Notes under the pieces: model-generated | The model's input: the letters and a program-made list of their open reading frames with translations, nothing else | What the model was told of the DNA's origin: nothing | The model's database searches: none | Translations under genes and position numbers: made by a program | DNA from: Eledone cirrhosa | Taxonomy: Eukaryota | Assembly (NCBI GenBank): GCA_964016885.1 | Contig: OZ024745.1 | Coordinates: forward strand, 133,362,001 to 133,426,000 | DNA: 64,000 nt | Reading direction: 5' to 3' | Part shown: positions 1-12,636 of the stretch, piece after piece | Layout of the letters: each line of letters starts with the position of its first letter | Numbering within the stretch: position 1 is the first letter of the stretch

Positions 1-294
1 TTTCAATTTGTTTTCTACTTTCCCATTATTTCAACATGCTAGAATGTGTTGAGTAATCAAAAACAATAACAGCCTGCTTTCAATATTTCAATGGCTGCCA
101 CACAACTGGCTGAATGGCCAATAACAGTAAAACATATATTCTATGCATTAAGCTTTCATCAGAAGAAAAAAAATATTTCTATATATATCACTATGCATTG
201 TGTTAATACAGAAGCATAAACGTACGGAATTTAGATATAATCAATAATTAAGAATTAATTTTAGGGACGTACGAGTGTTGAAAATAATATACGC

Positions 295-332
<38 letters not shown>

Positions 333-335
<3 letters not shown>

Positions 336-767
336 AGAATATGTGTAATAAGGCCAAGACAATGCAGATATGGACATAGAAAAAGAATGCAATAGTGAGA
401 GATATTGATGAGAATTCGTCTTTCACCTTGAATTTATTTAAATGTCCTTAATTTTCGAGATAATATCTCTTCTTCGGAGGGAAGTAAAAGTCTCAGACCA
501 GCGTCTTAAATTTCCAATGAAGCCATGCATGGCTTCATTGGAAATTTAAGACGCTGGTCTGAGACTTTTACTTCCCTCCGAAGAAGAGATATTATCTCGA
601 AAATTAAGGACATTTAAATAAATTCAAGGTGAAAGACGAATTCTCATCAATATCTCTCACTATTGCATTCTTTTTCTATGTCCATATCTGCATTGTCTTG
701 GCCTTATTACACATATTCTAACGTTTATACCTCATTACACAATGCTTCAAGTGAACTATAACCTCCT

Positions 768-769
<2 letters not shown>
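333..769 (+). mobile_element. PLE-terminus-like fold-back element: 195-bp-arm palindrome (333-722) plus unique 3' tail, between (TA)n tracts
   Basis: 333-527 is the reverse complement of 528-722 (centre atg|cat, no spacer); hammerhead-like motif in each arm; homologous copy at 48833-49115. Confidence 0.75.
575..609 (+). ncRNA. minimal type I hammerhead-like motif, U4C variant
   Basis: cct-CCGAAGA-a-gagata.t.tatctc-GAAA-at-TA-agg; short stem I cct/agg. Confidence 0.5.
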
Positions 770-864
<95 letters not shown>

Positions 865-1062
865 ACGAAGGAAATGTGGTAAGGAACCAGATGGACCATA
901 ACGCACCAAAGTACTCAATACTTAGGGTAGTAGAGTGGGTAATAGGAACGAGTAGGACCCCGACGGCTGAGCTCAACGCGTTTCGACGGCTAATTCTGGA
1001 CAGTCCAGAATTAACCGTCGAAACGGCTTGAGCTCATCCGTCGGGGTCCTACTCGTTCCTAT
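865..1062 (-). mobile_element. short PLE-terminus-like element with 60-bp-arm hairpin (942-1062)
   Basis: imperfect palindrome centred at 1002; arm carries GAAACGCGTT (hammerhead 3' half); flanked by (TA)n. Confidence 0.55.
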
Positions 1063-1087
1063 ATATATATAATGTTTCTGGGTATTA

Positions 1088-1786
1088 CATTAGTGTCTGC
1101 AGTTCTGTTTACATGCCAACACAAGAGCAAGAATGGGGAGCTCATTCTTGCTGACATGGCTTTAAAAATGAGGCTTGTTTGTATAATTGCAAAGGAATCG
1201 AATATTCTTATTAATATTCGAAAAACTCAGATTACATTTATCGTATTCAGCCATGTAGAGCGAAAAAATCTTTTTCTTTTTCTTTTTCTTTTTCTTTTTC
1301 TTTTTCTTTTTCTTTTTCTTTTTCTTTTTCTTTTTCTTTTTCTTTTTCTTTTTCTTTTTCTTTTTCTTTTTCTTTTTCTTTATTTGAATTTGGCAAAGCG
1401 GGCCATTTATCGCTCGTATAAAGGAAGCTGACTGGCCAGTCTGCTGATAAGCAAATTTGGCTGATCAGTGGGTCTGCTAATATGCAGATCTGACTGTTCA
1501 GCCAGTCTGCTAATATGCAAATCAGGCCAATCAGTCACTGTATATTTTAGAAAATAGCATATATTTTCACTAGCTCTGACAGTTGGCAGGTGAACAGTGA
1601 ACTGTACTGATAAAGGATAATACCCAGAAACATTAGTGTCTGCAGTTCTGTTTACATGCCACACAAGAGCAAGAATGAGGGGCTCATTCTACTGACATGG
1701 CTTTAAAATGAGGATTGTTTGCATAATTGCAAACGAATCGAATATTATTATGAATATTCAAAAGACTCAGATTACATTTATTGTAT
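1088..1786. repeat. ~160-bp diverged direct repeat (1088-1245 / 1630-1786) enclosing (TTTTTC)n and a ~33-bp tandem repeat
   Basis: acattagtgtctgcagttctgtttacatgcc...cagattacattta occurs twice. Confidence 0.8.
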
Positions 1787-2096
1787 GTAGATCGAATATT
1801 TTTTTATTTTTTTAATCATATATATGGAAATTGGCAGAATTGTCTTGCTGCATTTTGGTCCATTTTGGCTAACTCAAATGTAATTTTTACTGTCAAATAT
1901 TTAACAGACCAGTACAGAAGTTGATTTAATTTTCCTTCAAATATAAAATCGGGTACGAAATCTTAATAGAATTACTACTCGCAAACTTATAGGACGATTT
2001 ATGGAATATGAGTATATTAACAAAAATATATATATATATGTTTATGAGTGTGTGAGTGTGTGTAGAAACAATTATTATTATTATTATTATTATTAT

Positions 2097-2379
2097 GCAT
2101 TTATCTTGTTTTATGTTCATACGAGTTATCACCAAGTCACGACCAGTGACCTCAAGAGACAACAAGGTCCGTCATGTTCAAGAAAGAACATACATATTCA
2201 CACATGCATCTTTAGTGTTTAGACTTGTGATGTACTTATATTGACAGGATCTTCCTTAGTATATGGGCAGTTCCCATTAGTACTATCTTTTGTATTTCTC
2301 CTATACGCGGGTTTCCTGGGATTTGCGATAAGTAGTCGTTAGACACCTTAGGTATCATTCCCAGAGCGCCTACAACCAC

Positions 2380-2380
<1 letters not shown>
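2097..2380 (-). mobile_element. R4/Dong LINE family B, 3' fragment
   Basis: VVVGALGMIPK...ILRKILSI plus 3'UTR nearly identical to 6715-7000; between (TAA)n tracts. Confidence 0.9.
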
Positions 2381-2440
<60 letters not shown>

Positions 2441-2450
2441 GTTGTTATTA

Positions 2451-5400
2451 CTCTTTGAGTCTCAGTCATTGATGTTAGTTAACTGGAAAGTTTGTTGAGA
2501 TGAATATCAAGCCACTACCTGCAGCCTCAGATATTCAGGACATATCGGAGGGTTCTTGCTGTTCCCAGCAAGCATGCCTTTTGAAGCGTTCCAAAAAGCG
2601 GGAAGGGGCCAATTTTCTTTAACCATCCCTGGAAACTTTTTGAGATAGTCCCTAGTGCGCCTATGACAATCGGGATCACTTTGACTTCATGGCAGTTCCA
2701 AATCCTTTTTACCTCCCACTTTAAGTCCTGGTATCGGTTAATTTTCTCCCTCTCCTTCTCTTGCACTCTCGTGTCAAATGGGCAGGCCACATCCACAATC
2801 AGGCACGATTGTTTTTCTTTGTCCAAAACCACCAGGTCAGGTCTATTGTGTTCCAGTTTCTTGTCCGTCTGTATCCTAAAATCCCACAGCACCTTCACCT
2901 GATCGTTTTGTATCACCGCCTCTGGCTTATGCTCATACCACTTCTCAGAATGTGGTAAATTGTTTACTTTGCACAGGTGCCAGTGGATCACCCTGCCCAT
3001 CACATCATGTCTCCAGCCCTTATAGTGGGTCTGGGCTAGGTGTTTACACTCGGATACAATGTGAGCCACAGTCTCCTCTCTCTCTACACAGATCCTGCAC
3101 TGTGGGCTAGCCTCCTCCTTGTAAATGTGGTGTTTCAACCACTTTGTTTTGAGGGCCTGCTCCTGCGCAGCCATTAACATTCCTTCAGTAGCATTTTTAA
3201 GGTCTCCTCTTTTCAACTAGTTCCATGTCTGTGGATCTCTAAATTCAGTTTTCTCAAAGAAGGTACTATGAAGGGATTTTTCATGAAGGCTGCTCTTTCT
3301 CCTTGGTGTTATTTCCTCCTTGGACATCCCCTGGCCTATTGTCCCCTCCTTCAGTACAGTTCTGAGCATTGGCTCCTTACTATCGGTCACGTATTTGTGT
3401 AGGTTGTTTTTCTCCATCTGAACACAGTCCTCTATGCTGATAAGACCTCTTCCACCCTCAGATCTCCTTAAGTAGAGTCTATCGACATCACTCCTCTTGT
3501 GGAACATATTGTAGATAGTCAATAGCTTCCTAGTCTTCCTATCCATTTCTTTTTGTTCAGCAACATTCCATCTCAGAATTCCCGCACTGTACCTAATAAT
3601 AGACACAGCTCGGGAATTTACTGCACTTATGGCATTCCTACTGTTCAGATGTGACTTTAATACTCTCCTTACTCTCCGAAGGTATTCAGTTCTTATCAAT
3701 TCCTTCATTTTTTTGTTCTTGATGTCATGAGCCTCCAGAACGCCCAAATACTTGCATCCTTCCTCAGAGTCAATTTCTTTTATCATCTCACCTGTTGGTA
3801 TCTGGATTCCGTTACTTCTGCTCAACTTACCCCTCCTCATCACAATGACTCCACACTTACTAATACCAAATTGCATACATATATCATTGCTGAAAATACG
3901 GACAGTGTCAACAAGCACATACAACTCCTTCTCACTCTTCCCGAAGAGCTTAAGATCGTCCATGAAGAGGAGGTGATTGATGGTAAGCCCTCCCTTTCCC
4001 AACCTGTATCCTGCTCTCACTTTTCGCAGTACACTGGTCAGGGGCATAGGGCAAGGACAAACAACAGAGGGGACAGACTATCTCCCTGGAAGATACCTCT
4101 CTTGATCTTCACGCTTCCCAAGGATTCTCCAGTTGATGTTAACTCTGTTTCCCAGGACTTCATACTTTTGCCCAACAACTGCCTGATGTTATCTGCCACC
4201 TTGAAGATCTCCAGGCTTTTGGTGATCCAAGAATGAGGCACCATGTCAAATGCCTTTTTGTAGTCAATCCATCCCATGGCAAGACCAGTGTGTCTCCTCT
4301 TGCAATTCCTCATTACCATCTTATCAATAAGTAACTGGTCCTTTGTACCACGTGACTTCTTTCGGCATCCTTTCTGTTCGTCCGGTAACAAGATGTTTGT
4401 GTGGAGGTGATGGTAGATTTCCTCAGACATAATGCTTGTCAACAGTTTCCACATTACGGACAGACATGTGATAGGTCTATAGTTGGTAACATCATTACCC
4501 TTGGTTCGGTCTTTCATTATCAGAACTGTGGTACCTTTTGTCAACCACTCTGGTACCTCGCCTGACATCAAGCAGTCATTGAACATGGTTGTCAGTTTCG
4601 GGTGGAGGGATGTTATGTTTTTAATCCAATACCCCTGCACACCATCTGGGCCAGGTGATTTCCAGTTGGTTAGTTTTTTGGCCTGCCCCTTAAGAGTTTC
4701 AACTGTGATACTCAAATCAGTTTGTTGGCGTGCCTGTTCACTGATCTCCTTCTGTACTGTCTCAATCCACACTGCCTGGTCATTATGTTTAACATCCTGC
4801 TCCCATATTCCTCTCCAGAATGTTTTAGTTTGTTCCGCCTCAGGGATCAAGTCGTTGCCTCTTTCTTTCCCTTCAACTGTCCAAACAGCATCTGCTGGTT
4901 GTTGTCGAACACGCGATTCTGTCTATACTGGCTGACTCTGTTCTCGTATCGCCTGATTTTTGCACTCTTTGCTACAATGCGTTGCTTCAGTTCCTCTATG
5001 ATAATATTTAGCTTTTTCCTCCTAGTTTTGTACTTTATTTCCAGTCTATTTTAGTGTCTATGTTTTTTAGTGTCCCATTCAGTAGGGACTCAAGCTTTGC
5101 AATGTCATTTCTCATTTCCCTGATTTGACCTCTCAGTCGTTTCTTCTACCAAGGCTCTGCTCTTTCTTGTCTGTTGTTTCCTCTCGCTTTTATACCAAGT
5201 AATTTCCTCACCGTATTTGCTGTTGCTTTGAGGATATTGTTGCACTGGTGAATGCTCCTCGCCTCAAGGTATGGGATGACTTTGTTTACTTTAGCTGTTG
5301 TTTCTTTTAACTTTTTCCTGTCTACAAATCTTCGGTTCATAGGTCTCCCACTATCATTGTTCAATTCATCTACCACTAAGTTTAGGATATCTACCAAATC

Positions 5401-6070
5401 TTGTCCTAGCCCGTCAGCATTCATCTCCTCAATGGCCGTATCTCTGTTCCAGGTATTATTTATCTCAGCATTCAGATCATTGTCTGTTTCGGGTGGTTCC
5501 TCCGTTCTCTCGACCTCTTCACCTTCATTTCCCACTGGCTCGTTTGCCTGGCATACTCCACCCTCCATCTCCAAGCTAATCTCTCTGCCCAGTTCCTCCA
5601 GTTCCAGCTCGCTTATCCACCCATTAGTTCTTATTACCCGAGCCTGCCCGGCCAGTTTTTGTTCATCTAATTTAAATGGACCAATCTCGTTCCAGATGTT
5701 ATGCATCCTTTTCCTATAGCCTTTCTCCTTGGGGTTACTCTTCAGGTAACATTGCATAACAGTTCTATTCAATTCGTCCAGTTGGTTCTGGTCCCTTTCC
5801 TTCTTCTTCTTCCTCCGACACCAGCAGTATTTGGTTGACAGCCAGGTCCCTGCTGCTGAGCCAGGGAGCACCTGTTGGGTGAGAGTCTGTCACATGACAT
5901 TCTAGTCTCCATTTCATCGTTATTCGAACTGTTTAGGTTCGACATTTAAACACTCTTATCGAGGATTGGCGAATGTATGGTTACATAACCACCGGTGAAT
6001 TACCTGTCTCCGGTGGTTTCGTCACTCCACGTGACTTTAGTGTGGCATTATCACGCTGTAGACGAACCCA
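2451..6070 (-). mobile_element. near-full-length R4/Dong-clade LINE family A (RT + restriction-like endonuclease), disrupted
   Basis: ORF pieces 5146-5871, 4038-4850, 3217-4047, 2527-3216: KSPGPDG, NYRPITCL, GIFQGDSLSPLLF, LFMDDLKL, CRIC..HIVSEC, RHD, RPDLVV..IVDVACPFD; in-frame TAG at 3217-3219; 3' end on (TAA)n. Confidence 0.92.
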
Positions 6071-6677
6071 AACAAACAAACAAACAAACAAACAGGCAGA
6101 AAAAAACCCCAAAATGAATAAGCATAAGTTTCATTGTAATGTAGTATTTGAATGTCTGACTTAGTTTTTCCCTTCTCTTCTCTGTCCGTCCGTTTGTTTT
6201 TCTCTTCATTTTTATTTCCTTTGCGTTTTTCGTTGTTGCTGTGCTGCTTTGATTTTGATTTTTTTTTTTTTTTCCAGTCTATTTATATATTTTGATGTTT
6301 TGGGAATTCTACAATGTAGCAGGGGATAGCGGGAGAGAATAGCGGCGGTAGTGATATTGAGGCAGCGGCGGCGGTGGCGGTGCTGTGCTAGCAGCAACTA
6401 GCAGGAGGTAGTGGGAGAGAATAGCGGCGATAGCGATAGTGAGGCAGCGGTGGTGGTGATGTGGTCGTATTACTGTAGTGATGGTGTTGAAGTTGGAGTA
6501 GAAATTTGAGTCGACTTGACCAAAGTTTTCATCGTGGTAGTGGTGGTGGTATTGGTGGTGAAATTATCTTTAGTGAAATTATCGTTAGTCGCGTATGTGT
6601 TGACATTTACCCATAATATTGGTTAAACATTTTGTTAAAACTAAAACTTGATTTTGATTATTGTTTTTTTTTTATTA

Positions 6678-6714
<37 letters not shown>

Positions 6715-6716
<2 letters not shown>

Positions 6717-9700
6717 AGTTGCATTTATCTTGCTTTATGTTCATACGAGTTATCACCAAGTCACAACCAGTGACCTCAAGAGACAACAAGGTCCGCCATG
6801 TTCAAGAAAGAACATACATATTCACACATGCATCTTTAGTGTTTAGACTTGTGATGTACTTATATTGACAGAATCTTCCTTAGTATATGGGCAGTTCTCA
6901 TTAATACTATCTTTTGTATTTCTCCTATACGCGGGTTTCCTGGGATTTGCGATATGTAATCATTAGACCCCTTAGGTATCATTCCCAGAGCGCCTACAAC
7001 CACTGGTATTGTTTTAGTTCTCAATTTCCACATTTTTCCAATTTCTATCTCCAGGTCCTTATACTTGCTCAATTTTTCAAATGTTTATATAGATACATTC
7101 TTGTCTATTGGAACAGACATATCAATTAGCAGGCATACCCTTTTTTGAAAGTCTTTCAATATTATATCAGGTCTATTTGCATCTATTTTTCGGTCTGTTT
7201 GGATGCTAAAGTTCCACAAGATTGAGATGTGATCTTTTTCAAGTATGGGAGGTGGTTGATGCTCCCACCAATTCTTTTGATGGGGCAGGTCAAAATGCTT
7301 ACACATTATCCAATGTGCAGCTCTGTCATGCCTGTTTAGGTGTTCGGTTGGAGCTATAGGACTGCACATTGAAATTATATGGTCAATGGTCTCTGGTTGT
7401 TTTTTGCATACACGGCATAATGGGCTGCACCCATTTTTTATTATGTTGGCTTGGTAATTTTTTGTTGGCAGACACTGATCTTGTGCCGATATAATCAGTC
7501 CTTCAGTCTCCGATTTCAGTCCAGAGGATGCCAACCACTGATGGGTTAAAGTTTTGTCAACATTAGGATTGTTAGCTCGCTCTGGGTATTTTCCATACAG
7601 AGGCTTTTCTTGCCATTTCTTAGCCAGTTTCTGTAGCAGTTCTTTCTTTGCAGTTACTTTTACCTGCTTTGCTTTTTCTGTGTTTTCCATTTCAGCAGTA
7701 AATGGGACTTCTGAAATTTGTAGTCCATTACTGTATCTTTGTGCATCTTTTGTAATGGAATATGATCTTTTGATGCTTTCGTGTTTCAAAACGAGTTTGA
7801 TCATCCAATCATGTGATTCCCTTAGATATGTAGATAATCCAATTGTTGCAGTTTTCAACGCAATGTCTAACTGGATTAACCCACGTCCTCCTTCTTTCCT
7901 AGGGAGATATATTCTATCTATATCTGCCTTAGGGTGATGCATTCTGTGCATGGTTAAGAATTTTCGAATTTTTGTATCGAGCCTACGGATCTCTGTGCTT
8001 GACCAGTTGATGACATTGTAACTGTAGGTTACTACTGGTATGGCAAGCGTGTTTATGGCATCGATCCTATTCCTTGCATTCAATTCCGTTCTTAAGATTG
8101 CTCTTACTCTGCGGTAACATTCCTTCCTTATCCTTTCCCTCATTGTCGAGTGCTTGATTCCGTCTCCTTCACAAACACCTAGATATTTGTAAGTTTTTTC
8201 TTGATCAAGTTCTCTTATCACGTTCCCCCGATCAAGATTAATATCTGAACTCTTCAGCAGCTTTCCTCTGGTGAACGTTGCTTTGGCGCATTTATCTAGT
8301 CCAAACTCCATTTTAATGTCATCACTGAACTGCTTCACAGTGGATAATAGCCCTTGCAATTGTTCATCATTTTTTGCAAATAGTTTCAGGTCATCCATGT
8401 AGAACAGGTGATTAATGGTTTTGTCATAGACTTTATATCCATGTTTTGTTTCATTGAGCATTTTACTTAATGGTATAAGTGCGATGCAGAATAAAAGCGG
8501 TGATAAAGAGTCACCCTGAAAAATTCCACATTTAATATTAACTTCTCCAGCTTCCAGTGATTTTGTTTCACTATTCAAAAGGAGTGTCGTTTTCCATGTC
8601 TTCATACTGAATGACAAAAACCTCCTGACAACGGGGGATACTTGGAAAATCTCTAAACATTTTTCAATCCAACTGTGTGGCAAACTATCAAATGCTTTTT
8701 TATAATGTATCCAAGCAATCGATAGATTTTTGTGTCTATTATGACAATCTTCCAGTATCATTTTGTTAACCAGAAGCTGATCCTTACAGCCATATGAGCC
8801 TCGTTTACACCCTTTCTGCTCAATGGGAAATAGGTCATTTGTTATCAGGTGGTCATATGTGTATTCAGTTAGGACTGATGTTAAAATTGTATACATTGTG
8901 GTCAAGCAAGTTATCGGTCTGTAATTGTTGGGATTGTTTGTCTCATCATTCTTCGGAAGCAGGAATTTAATGCCGTTAACTAGCCATGAAGGTATCTTTT
9001 CTGGCTCCTTAACTATTTCATTGTAAAGTTGGGCTAACAGCTCATGAGACTCTGTGAAGGCATTTATCCAAAAGTTTTGTATTTTGTCTTTTCCTGGGGA
9101 TTTCCATTTGCTGGTTTTTCTTAGAGCCAAGCGCAACTGTTCAACTGTTATATTTTCCCATGTTTGTTCCTCAAGGTGAGCTGTATCTTTCATTTGTCTG
9201 TCTATCCATGGGGCATGTATGTTATGAACTTTTTCTTCGGCCCAGATCTTTTCCCAGAATTCTTGCACTTCCTCCTTGGGTGGTATTTGATTTAGCAGTT
9301 ATTGTTGACTTACCAATTTTTCTGTAGAAGTTTCTTTGGTTGTTTTTGAACATATTATTGTCCTTATAGAATCTAGATCGTTTTTCAAAGCGCCTTATAC
9401 GAGCAGCTTTGGCCGACACTTTTTGCTTGATTATTTCTATCAGCATGTCTATGTCACATGTTGATTTTATACTGTACTTTTTTTCAATTTTCTAAGTTTA
9501 GTTTGTTTAACATGTTCACCTACTTTATAGTTTGTTAAAATTTCTATGTCAGATCGGAGAAGGTTTATTTGGCGATTGATGTTCTCTTGCCAAGTAGATT
9601 TCTTGTGGGAATTCCTTTGTTTTTTCATCTTCACTCCACATAAGTGAGTGGTGACTTTAGCCGATGCATAATAGAGATGATTTAAATCAGTAATGTTTAG

Positions 9701-10662
9701 TTTGTTTGTGATGATAATGTTTTTGAGAATTATGTTAGTCTTGTGTATTATCTTTTGGTTCTGTTTGGAGTTCTGGATCTTAGGGAGGGTGTCTCGTTGC
9801 CCCATTTTAGATTCTTTCATTTTCATCCATTCGATCATAATTTCATCCTTCAAGTTGGCAAGTTCATTCTCATTCATTTCCTTATCATTTACGATCTCAT
9901 TATTTTCATTTGGAGTTTCATCCTGAGCATGCACTCCCTCCACTTTTTCGATCCTTTCTTTAATTTGTTCTGTTGCCAGTGATTCCGCCCCAACCCTGGG
10001 ATTCGAAGTGTTACAGTTTACCTCGTTTTCACTGACACATGTTTCATTTTCCCTTCGCTGACTTTGTGCTAATAGCTTGATCTGATCAATTTCTATATCA
10101 GTTAGTAACTTTTTTCTTAAAATATTTCTTCGTATATTGGCTAGTTTGTTACTGTCAATATAGCCTCTGTTTTCGGGATGTTTCTTTTTCCAGTTGATAT
10201 ATGTCTGTTCTGTATTCGATGTATTTGATGGGTAGTACATGGCAGTGTAGAAAGCCTCAAGGACTTCTTTATTATCTTCCCTTGACCATTTTTCTCTCTT
10301 TTTCTTTGGATTTCTTGGTGGTGAGCATGGAGGGCCAACAGTAGGAGTATTCCGGTTATGGGAGGTCTCCAGTCCGAAGTGATGGGAAGGTTTGAACCAT
10401 TAGCTGATTTTTCGACCCCAGTATGGTTCCTCTCTGAGCGACGCGGCCCTTTTTTACCCTGGTGACGGCCGATCCGGTATGAGATTTCATCATTAGACAT
10501 TTACTTTATTTTTTCGCGTTTTATCCTTATCCGCCAAGGGGTAATCATTTCGTGTTACCACTTCTAGAACGAGTGTCAACCAAGACTAGAGGGGTCGTTC
10601 TCCCCTAGAGACACGGCTATTCCCCGCCGGCCGCCATCCCGGTATTTCTTGGTCACGGGGTT
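6715..10662 (-). mobile_element. near-full-length R4/Dong-clade LINE family B, disrupted
   Basis: ORF pieces 10141-10500, 9467-10240, 9222-9446, 7085-9268 (GIFQGDSLSPLLF, FYMDDLKL, CRVC, RHD, RPDII..LIDMS), 6860-7072; 3' end on (TAA)n. Confidence 0.92.
7085..9268 (-). pseudogene. Dong-type reverse transcriptase/RLE ORF segment (727 aa)
   Basis: RT motifs and start of RLE; premature stop where the copy at 25577 has a Lys codon (SIKTFEK). Confidence 0.9.
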
Positions 10663-10747
10663 TTCTTTTTGTTGTTTTTTTTTAAATTGTTATTATCATG
10701 AGTGGTTCCTTAATGTGAGCATTGCGTGGCTTAAGAATGAAATTATT

Positions 10748-11630
10748 AATAATTGTCTCCACTCCAGGCACAAGGCCAGCAATCACCCAGTGCATTACAA
10801 TAATATAATATACTTTTTGTTGTAGTTGGCTGTTATTGTTGTTGGCTATGTCGGTGGTGGTGCCGGGGCTTTTTATATTGTTGGTGAGGAAGGGGTGAGC
10901 CAGCAGTCCCATATTTGTTGATATTGTCGTTTGGCCTTGGCCAGGTCACTAAGTCAATCTATTTATATCTTTTGCTAGCCTCTCCCTTGTCTAGTGATAC
11001 CGCCACCTTCCCCTTTCTCTCTCAAGTTAACAGGGGAATAGTGGTGGTAGCATTGAAGGAGTGGTGGCGGCGGGGAGATGTTGGAGACAGTAGCGGCGGT
11101 ATCGATACTGAGACAGTGGTGGTGGTGATGTCGATACCGAGGCAGTGGTGGTGGTGACGTGATCGTATTACTGTAGTGATGGTGTTGTAGCGGTGGTAGC
11201 AATGAAGGAGTGGTGGCGGCGGTGATGGGATAGTGGTGGTAATGATGGCAGTAGTGAGTGGTGGTGGTGAAATTGCCGTTATCTGGCTGTTGTGTTTAGT
11301 GTACACAGAGAGGTGATGGGGTAGGTGTTGTATCTAGTTTCTGGTGTTGTTTGGCTGTTCTATATAGCGTAGACAGAGGAGGGGTGGGGGTTCTTCCATT
11401 TATAGCCATTTTCTTCTTTGAATATACAATGTACAATACAAAGTTGAATATTTGAATATTTGAGCCTTATAACAATATATTTTGGGTCCGAATTTTTTGG
11501 GGCTCAAGCCGGATGCTTTACGTAGCATTTGTACTAAGAGTTGTTATTTCACAAATGATTTAAATATGTTAAAAATTCAAAACTTACGGGAGCGATTTCA
11601 TGACCTTCCGTCACCTCGTGCGTCTTCTTC
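10748..11630 (-). mobile_element. putative chimeric non-autonomous element: Tx1-like 5' region + low-complexity Pro/Thr tract + SINE-type 3' tail
   Basis: 3' end matches SINE tail (gcactgggtgattgctggccttgtgcc...gacaattatt); ATGGCT start near 11408 as in Tx1 ORF1; partial homolog at ~6320-6490. Confidence 0.45.
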
Positions 11631-11635
11631 CCTTC

Positions 11636-11701
<66 letters not shown>

Positions 11702-11711
11702 GTTATTGTTA

Positions 11712-12584
11712 TTCCTTGAATCTCAGTCATTGATGTTGGTTAACTGGAAAGTCCGTTGGATTGAATATCAAGCCACTACCTGCAGCCTCAGATATTCAGG
11801 ACGTATCGGAGGGTTCTTGCCGTTCCAAGCAAGCATGCCTTTTGAAGCGTTCCAAAAAGCGTGAAGGGGCCGATTTTCTTTAACCATCCCTGGAAACCTT
11901 TGGAGATAGTCCCCAGTGCGCCTATGACAATCGGGATCACTTTGACTTCATGGCAGTTCCAAATCCTTTTCACCTCCCACTTTAGGTCCTGGTATCGGTT
12001 AATTTTCTCCCTCTCCTTCTCTTGCACTCTCGTGTCGAACGGGCAGGCCACATCCACAATCAGGCACGATCTTTTTTCTTTGTCCACAACCACCAGGTCA
12101 GGTCTATTGTGTTCCAGTTTTTTGTCCGTCTGTATCCTAAAATCCCACAGCACCTTCACCTGACTGTTCTCCATCACCGCCTCTGGCCTATGCTCATACC
12201 ATTTCTCAGAATGTGGTAGATTGTTTACTTTGCACAGGTGCCAGTGGATCACCCTGCCCATCACATCGTGTCTCCAGCCCTTATAGTGGGTCTGGGCTAG
12301 GTGTTTACACTCGGACACAATGTGAGCCACAGTCTCCTCTCTCTCTCCACAGATCCTGCACAGTGGGCTAGCCTCCTCCTTGTAGATATGGTGCTTCAAC
12401 CACTTCGTTTTGAGGGCCTGCTCCTGCGCAGCCATTAGCATTCCTTCTGTAGCCTTTTTGAGGTCTCCTCTTCTCAACCAGTTCCATGTCTGTGGATCTC
12501 TAAATTCAGTTTTCTCAAAGAAGGTACTATGAAGGGATTTTCCCTTAAGGCTGCTCTTCCTCCTTGATGTTATTTCCTCCTTGG

Positions 12585-12586
<2 letters not shown>
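11712..12586 (-). mobile_element. R4/Dong family A, 5'-truncated copy (RLE domain open)
   Basis: ORF 11788-12586 nearly identical to 2527-3320; (TAA)n on both sides. Confidence 0.92.
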
Positions 12587-12636
<50 letters not shown>

